A DNA stretch of 64,000 bases from a cyanobacterium endosymbiont of Rhopalodia gibba (GTDB lineage: Bacteria; Cyanobacteriota; Cyanobacteriia; Cyanobacteriales; Microcystaceae), in NCBI GenBank assembly GCA_045159875.1, contig CP067995.1, positions 2,464,001 to 2,528,000 on the forward strand, given 5' to 3'. The translations under genes were made by a program, and so were the position numbers. This document shows positions 1 through 11,152 of this stretch, in pieces; position 1 is the first letter of the stretch, and each line of letters opens with the position of its first letter. The notes under the pieces were generated by a model. The model saw only the letters and a list, made by a program, of their open reading frames with translations, made no database searches and was not told the DNA's origin.

Positions 1-224
1 ATAGCGTTGCTGTTTAGTCTTCGACATCGCTTACTTACTCAGTCCATTTTAGGAACTTTAAATTCTTAGGAGGAATTGATTATCCATTTTTGATAATTAT
101 TGTATAGATTATAAGATATTTATCTTTAAAATCTCTAGTTTTGGATATTTTATTAAATTAATATAAGATGACGAAGTGTCTGTCTTCAGTTAACATTAGG
201 TTTGAATTTTAAAGAGTAAATTAC

Positions 225-1151
225 ATGAGAATCCTAGTGACAGGCGGTGCTGGTTTTATCGGCTCCCATTTAATTGATCTCCTGATGGAACAGGGACACG
301 ATGTCCTGTGCTTAGATAACTTCTATACAGGTCATAAACGCAATATTGAGAAGTGGTTTGATAGTCCCTATTTTGAACTGATCCGTCATGATATTACTGA
401 ACCCATTCGTCTTGAAGTCGATCAAGTTTATCATCTTGCCTGTCCAGCCTCTCCAATTCACTATCAATTTAATCCCGTTAAAACGATTAAAACTAATGTT
501 CTAGGAACCTTGTATATGTTGGGTTTAGCTAAACGGGTTAAGGCAAGGTTCCTATTAGCGTCTACCTCGGAAGTTTATGGAGATCCTGATGTGCATCCAC
601 AACCTGAAGAATATAGAGGCAATGTTAACTGTACAGGGTTGCGAGCTTGTTATGATGAAGGAAAACGGGTCGCTGAAACCTTGGCTTTTGAATATCATCG
701 AGAACATAAAGTTGATATTCGGGTTGCGCGGATTTTCAACACTTACGGGCCACGAATGCTAGAAAATGACGGTCGTGTTGTTAGTAATTTTATCGTTCAA
801 GCCCTAGAGAAAAAACCTCTGACAGTTTATGGAGATGGCTCTCAAACCCGGAGTTTCTGCTATGTTTCCGACTTAGTTGAAGGTTTAATTGGACTTATGA
901 ATAATGATTATATTGGCCCAATCAATTTAGGTAATCCTGCGGAATATTCTGTTCTAGAACTTGCCCAGATTATCCGAAGAATGATTAATCCTGATATGGA
1001 ATTAGTCTATAAAGCTTTACCTCAAGACGATCCCCGAAAACGGCAACCTGATATTACCAAGGCCAACATCTACCTAGGTTGGGACCCCAAAATTTCTTTA
1101 AAAGAAGGTTTAGAGTTAACTATCAGAGATTTCCAGCAGCGAATTTATTAA
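225..1151 (+). CDS. UDP-glucuronic acid decarboxylase (UDP-xylose synthase) family NAD-dependent epimerase/dehydratase
   Basis: GGAGFIG Rossmann motif, [25 protein letters not shown] (YxxxK), [10 protein letters not shown]; adjacent to UDP-glucose dehydrogenase. Confidence 0.93.
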   Translation: MRILVTGGAGFIGSHLIDLLMEQGHDVLCLDNFYTGHKRNIEKWFDSPYFELIRHDITEPIRLEVDQVYHLACPASPIHYQFNPVKTIKTNVLGTLYMLGLAKRVKARFLLASTSEVYGDPDVHPQPEEYRGNVNCTGLRACYDEGKRVAETLAFEYHREHKVDIRVARIFNTYGPRMLENDGRVVSNFIVQALEKKPLTVYGDGSQTRSFCYVSDLVEGLIGLMNNDYIGPINLGNPAEYSVLELAQIIRRMINPDMELVYKALPQDDPRKRQPDITKANIYLGWDPKISLKEGLELTIRDFQQRIY

Positions 1152-1195
1152 ACAATTATTGACATTTAAATCATTAATTTAGAGGATGAAAAATA

Positions 1196-2542
1196 ATGCG
1201 TGTTTGTGTCATTGGAACTGGTTATGTTGGGCTGGTAACAGGAGTTTGTTTAGCCCATATTGGTCATAATGTTATTTGTGTTGACAACAACGAAGAAAAA
1301 GTTAAGTTAATGAAGTCAGGACAGTCCCCCATTTATGAGCCGGGACTTTCGCAATTGATGCACGAATCAGCTGATGTCGGACGGTTAGAATTTACAGTAG
1401 ATTTGGCCACAGGGGTAGCCCACGGAGAAGTTCTTTTTATTGCAGTGGGAACCCCTGCTCTACCTACCGGCGAAAGCGATACTCGTTATGTGGAAGCGGT
1501 TGCTCGTAGTATTGGCACTAACTTATATCAAGGATACAAAGTAATTGTCAATAAATCTACTGTTCCCATTGGTTCAGGGGACTGGGTAAGAATGATTGTG
1601 ATGGATGGCTTAAACGAACGCCCCAATAATGGTCAAGTCGAATTTGATGTGGTTAGTAACCCAGAGTTTTTACGAGAAGGGTCAGCCGTTTATGATACTT
1701 TCAATCCTGAGCGCATTGTTTTAGGGAGCAATAGCAATAAAGCCATTGCCATGATGAAAGAACTCTATAGTCCTTTAGTAGAGCGTAAATTTACTAATAA
1801 TACCGCCTTAAATCCTGTTCCAGTGGTGGTAACTGATTTGAACTCTGCAGAAATGATTAAATATGCGGCAAACGCATTTTTAGCAACAAAAATCAGCTTT
1901 ATTAACGAAGTGGCTAATATCTGTGATCGCGTCGGAGCCGATGTAACTCAAGTAGCTAAAGGGATTGGATTGGATTCCCGTATAGGTAATAAATGCTTGC
2001 AGGCAGGTATTGGTTGGGGAGGCTCTTGTTTCCCAAAAGACATTCTAGCTTTAATTCATACTGCAACCGATTATGGTTATGAGACAGAATTACTCAATGC
2101 TGCCGTAGCTGTTAATAAACATCAGCAATTAATTGTTATTGAAAAGCTACAGCAGGAACTGAAGATTCTTAAAGGTAAAACCATTGGCTTGTTGGGGTTG
2201 ACTTTTAAACCTAATACTGATGATATGCGAGATGCTCCATCTTTAGTTATCATTGAACAACTGAATCGTTTAGGGGCTAAAGTTAAAGCTTATGATCCGA
2301 TTGTTTCACAATCAGGGTTAAGTCATGGATTATCAGGAGTTATCATTGAAACCGACCCCGAAATGTTAGCCGACAGCTGCGATGCATTAGTGTTAATAAC
2401 AGACTGGCAAGAGTTTCTTAAATTAGACTTTGAAAGAATGGCTAGTTTGATGCTTAGTCCTGTGATAATTGACGGTCGTAACTTCTTAGATCGACCTAAA
2501 CTTGAATTTTTTGGCTTCCGTTATTTAGGAATTGGTCGGTAA
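1196..2542 (+). CDS. ugd: UDP-glucose 6-dehydrogenase
   Basis: GTGYVG, NKSTVP, NPEFLREG, GGSCFPKD catalytic Cys, FKPNTDDMR. Confidence 0.93.
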   Translation: MRVCVIGTGYVGLVTGVCLAHIGHNVICVDNNEEKVKLMKSGQSPIYEPGLSQLMHESADVGRLEFTVDLATGVAHGEVLFIAVGTPALPTGESDTRYVEAVARSIGTNLYQGYKVIVNKSTVPIGSGDWVRMIVMDGLNERPNNGQVEFDVVSNPEFLREGSAVYDTFNPERIVLGSNSNKAIAMMKELYSPLVERKFTNNTALNPVPVVVTDLNSAEMIKYAANAFLATKISFINEVANICDRVGADVTQVAKGIGLDSRIGNKCLQAGIGWGGSCFPKDILALIHTATDYGYETELLNAAVAVNKHQQLIVIEKLQQELKILKGKTIGLLGLTFKPNTDDMRDAPSLVIIEQLNRLGAKVKAYDPIVSQSGLSHGLSGVIIETDPEMLADSCDALVLITDWQEFLKLDFERMASLMLSPVIIDGRNFLDRPKLEFFGFRYLGIGR

Positions 2543-2638
2543 TTGGTAAAGAAAGCTCGTCACTGACCATTAATTAGTATTCTAACGATGGATTGATCAA
2601 TAGAGCAAGGTCTACCCGAAAAAAGATTATCTATTTAG

Positions 2639-3319
2639 CTAGGGTAAACACCATTTTTCAGGTTCAAATTCTTCTAAGGAATTGAGGACTTGATCAGCCT
2701 GGTAAAATAATTGACAATCACTCGTTTTCTCAGGAACTACTACCGTCGACATTCCTGCCGCAATTGCAGCTTTCATTCCTGCCAAAGAGTCTTCAAACAC
2801 TAAACAATCACGGGGCTCTGCCTCCAATCTTTGTGCTGTTAACAGGAAAATATCAGGGGCAGGTTTACTTTGTTTTAAATCAGGATCATCCCCGAAAACA
2901 AAGTGGTCAAAACAGGATACCCAAGAAGGATAAGACGACATTTTTAACTCAAAATGATACCGAATAGAACTCGAGGCAATAGCCTGGGGAATACCTTGTC
3001 TAGCAAAATGCTGAGTTAATTCCTTTGCACCTGGAAGAGGTTTGACAGTGGCATAGAGTGGATAGAGGAGGGCATAACGTTCTTTTATGTACTCTTCGGG
3101 AGTCAGGGGAATATCGAGTAATTCTACAAACAATTGTGCTGACTCTTGAGTGCGGCGGCCAGCCATTTTTACTTTAACTGAGGGATCAAAAGTTTTTCCA
3201 TAGCGTTGGGCAATAATTTGGTTTACCTTTTGGTAAAGAGTTTCTGTCCCTAAGAGTAGTCCGTCCAGATCGTAAATTAAATGGGTGATAGGTTTGAAAG
3301 AACGGGATGAGTAATTCAT
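2639..3319 (-). CDS. HAD-IA family phosphatase, HDHD1/pseudouridine-5'-phosphatase-like
   Basis: DLDGLLL motif I, ASSS motif II, KPAPDIF, FEDSLAG motif IV. Confidence 0.85.
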   Translation of the reverse strand: MNYSSRSFKPITHLIYDLDGLLLGTETLYQKVNQIIAQRYGKTFDPSVKVKMAGRRTQESAQLFVELLDIPLTPEEYIKERYALLYPLYATVKPLPGAKELTQHFARQGIPQAIASSSIRYHFELKMSSYPSWVSCFDHFVFGDDPDLKQSKPAPDIFLLTAQRLEAEPRDCLVFEDSLAGMKAAIAAGMSTVVVPEKTSDCQLFYQADQVLNSLEEFEPEKWCLP

Positions 3320-3504
3320 AATAAACTGCTTATCTTAGTCATTCAATGGCAACAATTTAAATCCCTAGTTTTTTTATTCTCGAAAAAGTGTCGAAACTTC
3401 TAGATCATACCATTCTGGTTAAAGTTGTTAAGTTTTTTAAAAAGCCGAAATGAAAAGAAATATTTATTTGTAATCCGTTATCATGCCTTAATAAGTAGTG
3501 AATT

Positions 3505-4914
3505 ATGGAAAGTGTAACGGACATGAATCAATTCTCTTATCAAGCGGCAACCCTCACCAAACACACCAAGATAAATCACCTTTTAAAGCAAGGTATTAGT
3601 CTAATCAGTGGACTTAGTATAGTCGGTGGTCAGCTGTTTCTAGCTCCAGTTAATGCCTCCACCAATACTTTAATTATTGCCGATACCATAACATTATCAG
3701 GCAAATCGGGGACAGTTGAATCGTCTTTCCAAAAAATTCCGAAATCTTTTCCTCATATAGTTCCTAATCGTCCTGCAGCTAATAAACCGCTCTTAAATCC
3801 TCCCTCCGTTAAACCTGCCACTCCAAAAATAGCTCCCAAACCTTCGGTCTCCAACCGCACTAGTGGAAATGCTACTCCCAAAGTACAATTATCAGCTCCC
3901 AAAATCTTACCCTCAACTTCTAAAAAGTCTTCTGCTGCTCCTTTAAGTCAATCGTTAGCACCCTTTCAATCAGAAGAAATTAAAATCACCCCTTCAATAG
4001 CTGCCCAGGGTAAAAATAGTTATATAGATTTTACTAATTACGGTACAAACCTTAAACAATCAGTAGTTCCGTCTAGTTCTGTCATTCTCACCGAACGGTC
4101 AACAGGATGCCAAATTGTTTCCCAAAACGGTAAACTGCTTAAAGGTAGTTGTGGTTCAGTTGCTAAGGCGGAGTTTCCCAAAGTAAACCCTGCCTTAGGA
4201 AACCATCGAGTTGATCTCGTCAGTCGCCAAAGAAAAACTTCCTCTAAGCTTATTAGTTATTCCCATCATGCCTCTTCAGTGCAACCTGTCCATTTCAAAA
4301 CTCGTCCGATTAATCCTCAACAAGTAGTCAGTTTAAAACCCATTAGTAGAAAAAGATTATCTATTTCCTTAGAACCTATTCCTAAATATAATCGAGCAGC
4401 TAGTCTCTATAGTCGTCTAAATTCTATCGCTCCTGAACAAAGCCAAACAGACTTAATCTATCCTTTACCAGTAGTTGCCAGTATTACTTCAGCTTTTGGG
4501 TGGCGTACTCATCCTATTTCGGGAACTGGTCGTCAACATAGCGGTACAGATATCGGTGCCCCCATTGGGACCCCTGTTCTAGCAGCCTATGACGGGGAAG
4601 TTTCTCAGTCAGACTGGCTTGGAGGGTATGGTTTGACAGTGATTCTGCGCCATCTAGAGGGAACTCAAGAGTCTCGTTATGCTCATTTATCAAAGGTTTA
4701 TGTTCAACCTGGAGAATGGGTTGACCAGGGAGCCGTCATCGGACGAGTGGGAAGTACGGGTTATTCTACTGGTCCCCATTTACACTTTGAATGGCGACAT
4801 TTAACTACTCAAGGTTGGGTTGCTGTTGATGCGGGACTACATTTAGAATCTGCTTTAGAAAATTTGATGCGTTCAATGCAGATGGTTGAGGCTGTAAAAA
4901 CTTCTAAGGGCTAA
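3505..4914 (+). CDS. M23 family metallopeptidase (peptidoglycan DD-endopeptidase) with a long Pro/Ser/Lys-rich N-terminal region
   Basis: C-terminal ITSAFGWRTHPISG, HSGTD (HxxxD), YAHLS, STGPHLHFE (HxH). Confidence 0.9.
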   Translation: MESVTDMNQFSYQAATLTKHTKINHLLKQGISLISGLSIVGGQLFLAPVNASTNTLIIADTITLSGKSGTVESSFQKIPKSFPHIVPNRPAANKPLLNPPSVKPATPKIAPKPSVSNRTSGNATPKVQLSAPKILPSTSKKSSAAPLSQSLAPFQSEEIKITPSIAAQGKNSYIDFTNYGTNLKQSVVPSSSVILTERSTGCQIVSQNGKLLKGSCGSVAKAEFPKVNPALGNHRVDLVSRQRKTSSKLISYSHHASSVQPVHFKTRPINPQQVVSLKPISRKRLSISLEPIPKYNRAASLYSRLNSIAPEQSQTDLIYPLPVVASITSAFGWRTHPISGTGRQHSGTDIGAPIGTPVLAAYDGEVSQSDWLGGYGLTVILRHLEGTQESRYAHLSKVYVQPGEWVDQGAVIGRVGSTGYSTGPHLHFEWRHLTTQGWVAVDAGLHLESALENLMRSMQMVEAVKTSKG

Positions 4915-4965
4915 ATTTAACTACCAAAATTAACTACTCAAACTCATTTTAATAAAAGTATTATT

Positions 4966-4999
4966 GAACCCCCTGCAATATATCTATAGGGGGTTTATT
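4966..4999 (+). terminator. probable intrinsic terminator of the M23 peptidase gene
   Basis: AACCCCCT...AGGGGGTT stem followed by T-rich bases, about 50 nt after the stop codon. Confidence 0.6.
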
Positions 5000-7861
5000 C
5001 GTTCTCGTCAAAGTTCTGTAGTAATAACCCTTGAATACGCAATTATTGTCTTAATTGCGTAATAGCTATTTATCTTAATTTATGCAAGTTTTCTTGTTTG
5101 TCCAAATTTAGTGCAAGTAATGTGATAAGAAGTTATCGAATGTCTCGTTTATAGATTGTTTCAAAAGGTTAAAATATTCAGGGGATGATTAAACCTCAAA
5201 ATAGTAGAAAAATTTTTTTACTACTCTGACAGTGGCTGTTATTACGACTTATATTACTTTTTAAGATTTACATTGTTCAAGCAATTTTTTACATTCATAA
5301 CCAGATAATATCTAATTTTGGCAATAATTGTACATTAGCTAATAGCTAATATACAATTATTGTAAGTCATTACAACTATTTTTCTGTAAAGTGTAATTAA
5401 TAATAAAAGTTATTAATGTTACTTAACATGTAAGTATTTTAAAATTAATATTTTATAAGTAGGCAAACTTAAATAAGTCTAAAATAGATTAGTAGTTTAA
5501 AAATAACTATCACTAGGGACGAGCTCACTGACAATGAAAAATTAAGCGGACACAATTAGAAGAGTAGAAACTATAAAAGTTGATTTGTGAGCTCAAAATT
5601 TTCTCCCTAATAAGAGTAAAAATATTATGGTTAAATCCAAGAAGATGTACAGTATATTTTTGGGATTGATAAGACTATTAAAACAATACTTTACTTGATA
5701 TATTAATTATTTAAGGAAGAAAACAATCGTAAAATTCTCTAAAAATTAGAATAAAATTACTAAACACAATAAAAATATATAAACCTAATAATAATTTTAA
5801 TTATGCTCTATCAATGCACAGCTAAAAAAATACCAAAACTTGAAATAAAAAGGTATATCAGTCTAGAAAATACTGAACAGACAAAGCAATAGATACGGTA
5901 ATTGTTCTTAATGATTACTCAGTGCATACAAATAGTTTAGTTAAAACTAAACTGAAATAATAAAAATAAAAAAAATGATATTTATATTTTCTACTAACTT
6001 AGACGACAGAAGTAAACTTAATAGAACTAAAATGGCATAAAATAAACTCATAAAATTGATGAAAGTATATTTAAAGATAAATATTATTTAGCTAACTTAG
6101 CTAAATAAGGTTTTGCTAGAAACAGTAACTTTTATTATTAACTGTACAGGCAATATTGTGTAATTGCAATGATAGCTACTTCATTAACATATGGATTTTT
6201 ACCGAAAAGAAAATTTTTAACCAAAATAAGTCAGACTTTATTTGAACAATCTCCTGCTAAAAATAAATTAATTAGATTTGTTGTGTTATCTGATTTTAAT
6301 TTAGATAAAAAAATCAATTATTTTTTTAATAAATTTAGTGTCAGTTATTTCTGATATTAACCTTAATGTACTATGTCAGGTTTTATTATGCCAATGCTGT
6401 CCAGAAATCTTATTTTTTAACCAGTTTTACGATAAAATTCGACGTTTTTTATACCTGTTTACAAACTCTTATGTCAATAAATATCTCAAAAAGATCTAGT
6501 AAACAAAACGATTATGTCCCTTATAACCAATCATCCTCCAAAGGACATATTTTATTGTTTTCAAATAATTATGTAGTATTTTTCCTACTGATAATGTTCT
6601 CTGTTAACTCGTCTGTATTTGAGTCGATTTAAATGGATAAAATAAACAATTCTACGGTATTTTACTTGCTTATTTTTGTGATTACTTATCTTTGTAATTA
6701 AATTTTTTATAATCAATTCTTGGAACTCTAATTAATACTTGTCTCATATTCCATTAATATAATTAAATATTAGAACATTGATAATATAATTTCTGCTATT
6801 TTTTGGGCAACTCTTGACTTTAGTTAAAACTTACTGTTGTCGTCAATAAAAGAAGATTTATCGACAATTCTTTAGTGATAGTAGCATTATTTGTTTCTTG
6901 TTATAACCGTTACTAATTTTAGTCACTTGAACCTTATTAAAATCTTAGATAATAAAATAATTAAAATTTTGATTCCATAACTTTAGAAGAGTTAGTAACT
7001 TTAGTTTTAAGATAATCTTGAGTTCAATCATAAATTTGATTAATAATGGTTCGTCGTTACCGAAGATGAACACCTTATCTAACCTATCTAATTTCATTGC
7101 TATTTTTTAGAGTTTAATGTAAAAAATATAGCTAATAAGGCTTCTATCTATCTGACACGTGGCACTACTTTATTATTTTTTTTAAATAAAGTAGATTTTC
7201 CTAAAGACAGATAACTTAATATAAGAATATATTAGATTATCTATCTTTAGCTACTTCTAAAACTAGATTTAATAAAATAACTTAAATATGCTTTTTTTTG
7301 CGTTAAAATACTACTTTTAAATTACTTCTTTCAGAAGAAAGAGAATTATTTGTGATTTATTTTTAACTAGAATTAGTATAAATTACCTTTAAATTAAGTG
7401 CAATTTACTATTTTTGGGGAGTATTAAAGTTTAACTTATTACAACTCAATAAAAAAAATATTTTTAAAAAGTTGTCTTATTGTTTATACCTAAAAATAAT
7501 CCTTAAATTTTCATCATAAATATTGAAACTCTTTACATTAAATACCTAAACTTTTTGAGCATTATTGAGATAAATTATTTAAGAACTCATTAACAGACTT
7601 TCCGAATACTTCTTGAAAACTTTTATAATTCCAGTTTTACTTTTGACAAAACTTTTAATTTTTTCTTTAAAAAGGTATCGTGTCTAATCTTCAAATGTAT
7701 CTTTTTAGCTAAAGGTGAAAAAATATCTTCCTTTGTCAAGGAAATACTCCAAAATATTCACTAATCTATAACTGATTATTCTCTAAATATCCTAGATAAA
7801 ATAACGGTAATCAAGAACCTATTTAGAAATTTTCTATTCTCTGTACCCTTTACCGAAATCA

Positions 7862-8026
7862 TTATTTTCTTGCAATCACCCAAACAGCATGAACAATTCC
7901 AAGAATATAGAACCCCAAAATCGTTAATAACAAATTAATCCAAAAATCCTTACCTAACCCAACTTGTAGAAAAACCCCAAGAGGAGGCAAAAAAATAGCA
8001 CAAAGAATCCGAATTAAATCACCCAT
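7862..8026 (-). CDS. YqaE/Pmp3 (UPF0057) family small membrane proteolipid, 54 aa
   Basis: Hand translation MGDLIRILCAIFLPPLGVFLQVGLGKDFWINLLLTILGFYILGIVHAVWVIARK*; LPPLGVFL...FWINLLLT...GIVHAVW is the Pmp3 pattern; shorter than any ORF listed in the track. Confidence 0.92.
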   Translation of the reverse strand: MGDLIRILCAIFLPPLGVFLQVGLGKDFWINLLLTILGFYILGIVHAVWVIARK

Positions 8027-8141
8027 AGAACTAACTTCCAAGAGATATTCACATGAATATCATAACTATTCTGACTAACCATTCATCACTGAACTCCTGT
8101 CCACCCTAAAACTTATTTTAATTATATCTGACTAAATCAGT

Positions 8142-8179
8142 AAAAAAAAGAATGGAGGCATAATCTCTTATGCCTCCAT
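8142..8179 (-). terminator. intrinsic terminator of the asd-dapA-rnj operon
   Basis: Perfect 12-bp stem ATGGAGGCATAA/TTATGCCTCCAT (8152-8179), 4-nt loop, followed on the minus strand by TC and a T-run. Confidence 0.8.
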
Positions 8180-8225
8180 AGTTGAATCTATTAAATTCAA
8201 AATCTCTACAGTTAAAAATCAACGT

Positions 8226-9998
8226 TTAAGACATTGCAGACGCAGTTGAACGACGACGACGATAGGTTTTCGTTACTGGACGTTCTCCAGGCTCGGGTTC
8301 TTCAGGAGTTTGAAGGAGAAACACCACCATCGGCTGAGTTCGTAACTCGCGCCTGACTAATCTTTGTAGGGTGGTTTCGATTTCCTCTTGGAGAAATTTC
8401 CAATTAACCCCAATTCCACTACGGTCATTATCATTGGAAAATTCATCCCAGCGTTCACCTAAAATTCGTTCAACAGCACGAATGATCAACTGTTCCAATA
8501 GCGATCGCTCTACTTTTGTCACCACACCCCGCAGATGCACTTCCGGTTTCGCCATGAGTTTCCCCTGCCAATTAATAGCAGTGGCTACTGTAACCACCCC
8601 TTCTTCAGCTAACTGTTGACGATCATGCATAACATGATCATGCACCACACCAGCCTGATCTACTAACTCAATTCCAGAGGTAACTTGACCAAGAACATCG
8701 ATATTATCCGGAGAAACTTCAACAATGTCTCCATTCTTTACAATCACCATGTTTTCCGTCGGAATACCCATGCTGTGAGCAGTCTGAGCGTGTTTAAGCA
8801 ACATCCGGTGTTCCCCGTGAACCGGAATAAAGAATTTTGGACGAGTCAAAGCCAGCATTAATTTATGTTCTTCTTGGCAACCATGACCTGAGACATGGAT
8901 TCCTTGATGACGACCATAAATGACCTCAGCCCCCTCCATCATCAAGCGATCAATGGTGTTCACTACCGCAATAGTATTCCCCGGAATAGGGTTAGCAGAG
9001 AAGACAACCGTGTCCCCTTTTTGAACTCTGATGTGGGGATGTTGTCCTTTAGAAATACGGGTTAACGCGGCTAAAGGTTCCCCTTGAGATCCTGTGGTCA
9101 GGATTAATACTTTTTCATCGGATAAATTTCGCATTGCTTTGAGGGACACAAAAACGTCATCAGGACATTTAATGTAGCCCAATTCCCGAGCATGGGCAAT
9201 GACATTCAGCATTGAACGTCCCACAACCGTCACTTTTCGTTTGTGCTTTTGGGCAAGTTGTAAAATAATATTGACTCGATGTACCGAAGAAGCAAAAGTC
9301 GTAATCAATAACCGTCCAGGGGCTTGACTTATAATGCGATCAAGGTTAGGATAAACCGATCTTTCAGAAGGGGTTATCCCTAAAATTTCAGCGTTGGTAG
9401 AGTCACTTAGCAGACATAAAACACCTTTTTCTCCATGTTCAGCAAGTCTTTGTAGATCGAAGTACTGGCCATCAACAGGAGTATAATCAACTTTAAAGTC
9501 TCCTGTGTGAATAACCACTCCTAACGGTGTGTGAATTGCTACAGTGAAACTATCGGTAATGGAATGGGTATTACGGATAAATTCTACTAAAAAAGAATCA
9601 CTGATCCGTACCATATCCCTAGGTTCGGCAGTCTTTAGAGTTGTTCGATCGCTGACTCCGGCTTCTTCCAACTTATCGCGCAATAGGGCAATCGCTAGTT
9701 TTGGTCCGTAAATTACCGGAATATCAAATTGTTTTAGATGATAGGGAATGCCTCCAATATGGTCTTCATGACCATGAGTTGCAATCATTCCCTTAATTTT
9801 AGTGCGATTTTCTCGTAAATAAGTCATGTCAGGGAGAACAATATTCACCCCGTGCATTCCATCAGTCGGAAAAGCAATTCCTGCATCTATCAGCAAGATC
9901 TCATCCTCATATTCAAAAATACAAGTATTCTTGCCGATCTCGTGTAATCCCCCTAAGGGAATAATTTTTAACGTTGGTTTTGTCAGTTTTTGACTCAT
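8226..9998 (-). CDS. rnj: ribonuclease J
   Basis: PLGGLHEIGKN, THGHEDHIG, HTGDFK, HVSGHG, PVHGE. Start placed at ATG 9998 behind AGGAGG; the ORF track opens at 10013. Confidence 0.95.
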   Translation of the reverse strand: MSQKLTKPTLKIIPLGGLHEIGKNTCIFEYEDEILLIDAGIAFPTDGMHGVNIVLPDMTYLRENRTKIKGMIATHGHEDHIGGIPYHLKQFDIPVIYGPKLAIALLRDKLEEAGVSDRTTLKTAEPRDMVRISDSFLVEFIRNTHSITDSFTVAIHTPLGVVIHTGDFKVDYTPVDGQYFDLQRLAEHGEKGVLCLLSDSTNAEILGITPSERSVYPNLDRIISQAPGRLLITTFASSVHRVNIILQLAQKHKRKVTVVGRSMLNVIAHARELGYIKCPDDVFVSLKAMRNLSDEKVLILTTGSQGEPLAALTRISKGQHPHIRVQKGDTVVFSANPIPGNTIAVVNTIDRLMMEGAEVIYGRHQGIHVSGHGCQEEHKLMLALTRPKFFIPVHGEHRMLLKHAQTAHSMGIPTENMVIVKNGDIVEVSPDNIDVLGQVTSGIELVDQAGVVHDHVMHDRQQLAEEGVVTVATAINWQGKLMAKPEVHLRGVVTKVERSLLEQLIIRAVERILGERWDEFSNDNDRSGIGVNWKFLQEEIETTLQRLVRRELRTQPMVVFLLQTPEEPEPGERPVTKTYRRRRSTASAMS

Positions 9999-10175
9999 TG
10001 GCCTCCTTTTCATTCAGCTACTTTGATTGTTAACGGGTTAGTTATCCAAAAATATAATTTTTCAGAAAAATTTATCTAGTCTTCTTCCTAGAATTAGCTG
10101 AAGTAAATCTTACAATTGCCGTTTATTTAACTCCAGTTGATCTTAGCTTATTTATTCCATCATAAAGCCTAATTC

Positions 10176-11066
10176 TTAAACAAGAGATAGGTGTTGTAAA
10201 ACTGATTCTAATTCTTGTTTTAAGTCAGGAGATAGTTCTACTAGAGGAGGTCTTAATCCTCCTACTTTCCACCCTTTTAAATTGAGTGCGGCTTTTATTG
10301 GAATAGGGTTAGTTGTGCAAAATAGTGCTTTGAATAAGGGAAAAAGCTTTAAATTAATGTCTCTTGCAACCGTGGCTTTTTCTGTTTCAAATGCTTTAAC
10401 CATTTCTTGTATCTGTTGCCCCACTAGATGACTAGCCACGCTGACCACTCCTATTCCACCAACGGTCAACAAGGGTAAGGTCATAAAGTCATCTCCTGCA
10501 TAAATCGCAAAAGAATCGGGGGTTAAACGACGAATTTGACAAGCTTGCTCTAAGTTTCCCGTAGCTTCTTTGATGGCAACAATATTTTCAATTTCGGCTA
10601 ATTTAGCCACTGTTTCAGGCAAAAGATTTTGTCCAGTACGTCCCGGCACGTTATATAACATAATGGGTAAATCCGGGGACTTTTGAGCAATTTCTTTAAA
10701 GTGTTGATACAGTCCCTCTTGAGGGGGTTTATTGTAATAGGGAACCACTTGTAATGATCCGTCTAAACCTAATTTAGATGCCTTTTCGGTCGCTTCTACC
10801 CCTTCTTTTGTGGCGTTAGAACCTGTGCCTGCAATAACTTTTCCTCGATTACCAACAGCTTTTTTAACTACCTGAAATAACTTATATTCTTCAGACCAAC
10901 TTAAGGTAGGAGATTCCCCCGTTGTGCCGCAAATCACTAAGCCGTCGCTACCATTTTCTACTAAATAGTTAGCTAGTTCTTCAGCTACTGCGTAATTCAC
11001 TTGACCATTTTTATCAAAGGGAGTCACCATAGCGGTGATTACTCGTCCAAAACTGCGATCATTCAT
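10176..11066 (-). CDS. dapA: 4-hydroxy-tetrahydrodipicolinate synthase
   Basis: [23 protein letters not shown] catalytic Lys; between asd and rnj. Confidence 0.96.
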   Translation of the reverse strand: MNDRSFGRVITAMVTPFDKNGQVNYAVAEELANYLVENGSDGLVICGTTGESPTLSWSEEYKLFQVVKKAVGNRGKVIAGTGSNATKEGVEATEKASKLGLDGSLQVVPYYNKPPQEGLYQHFKEIAQKSPDLPIMLYNVPGRTGQNLLPETVAKLAEIENIVAIKEATGNLEQACQIRRLTPDSFAIYAGDDFMTLPLLTVGGIGVVSVASHLVGQQIQEMVKAFETEKATVARDINLKLFPLFKALFCTTNPIPIKAALNLKGWKVGGLRPPLVELSPDLKQELESVLQHLSLV

Positions 11067-11152
11067 TCTTTCGTTTACTTTTTCAAAGTTAGTGGTTAAT
11101 TTTTAATCTAAAAGCTTTTATTTATTAGCCGAGCGCAGCCATTGAGACAGAA

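Noticed and set aside
6169..6632. Two short + strand ORFs in the AT desert
   Set aside because: F/I/K/N/S-rich composition typical of random AT-rich frames; no motifs or RBS
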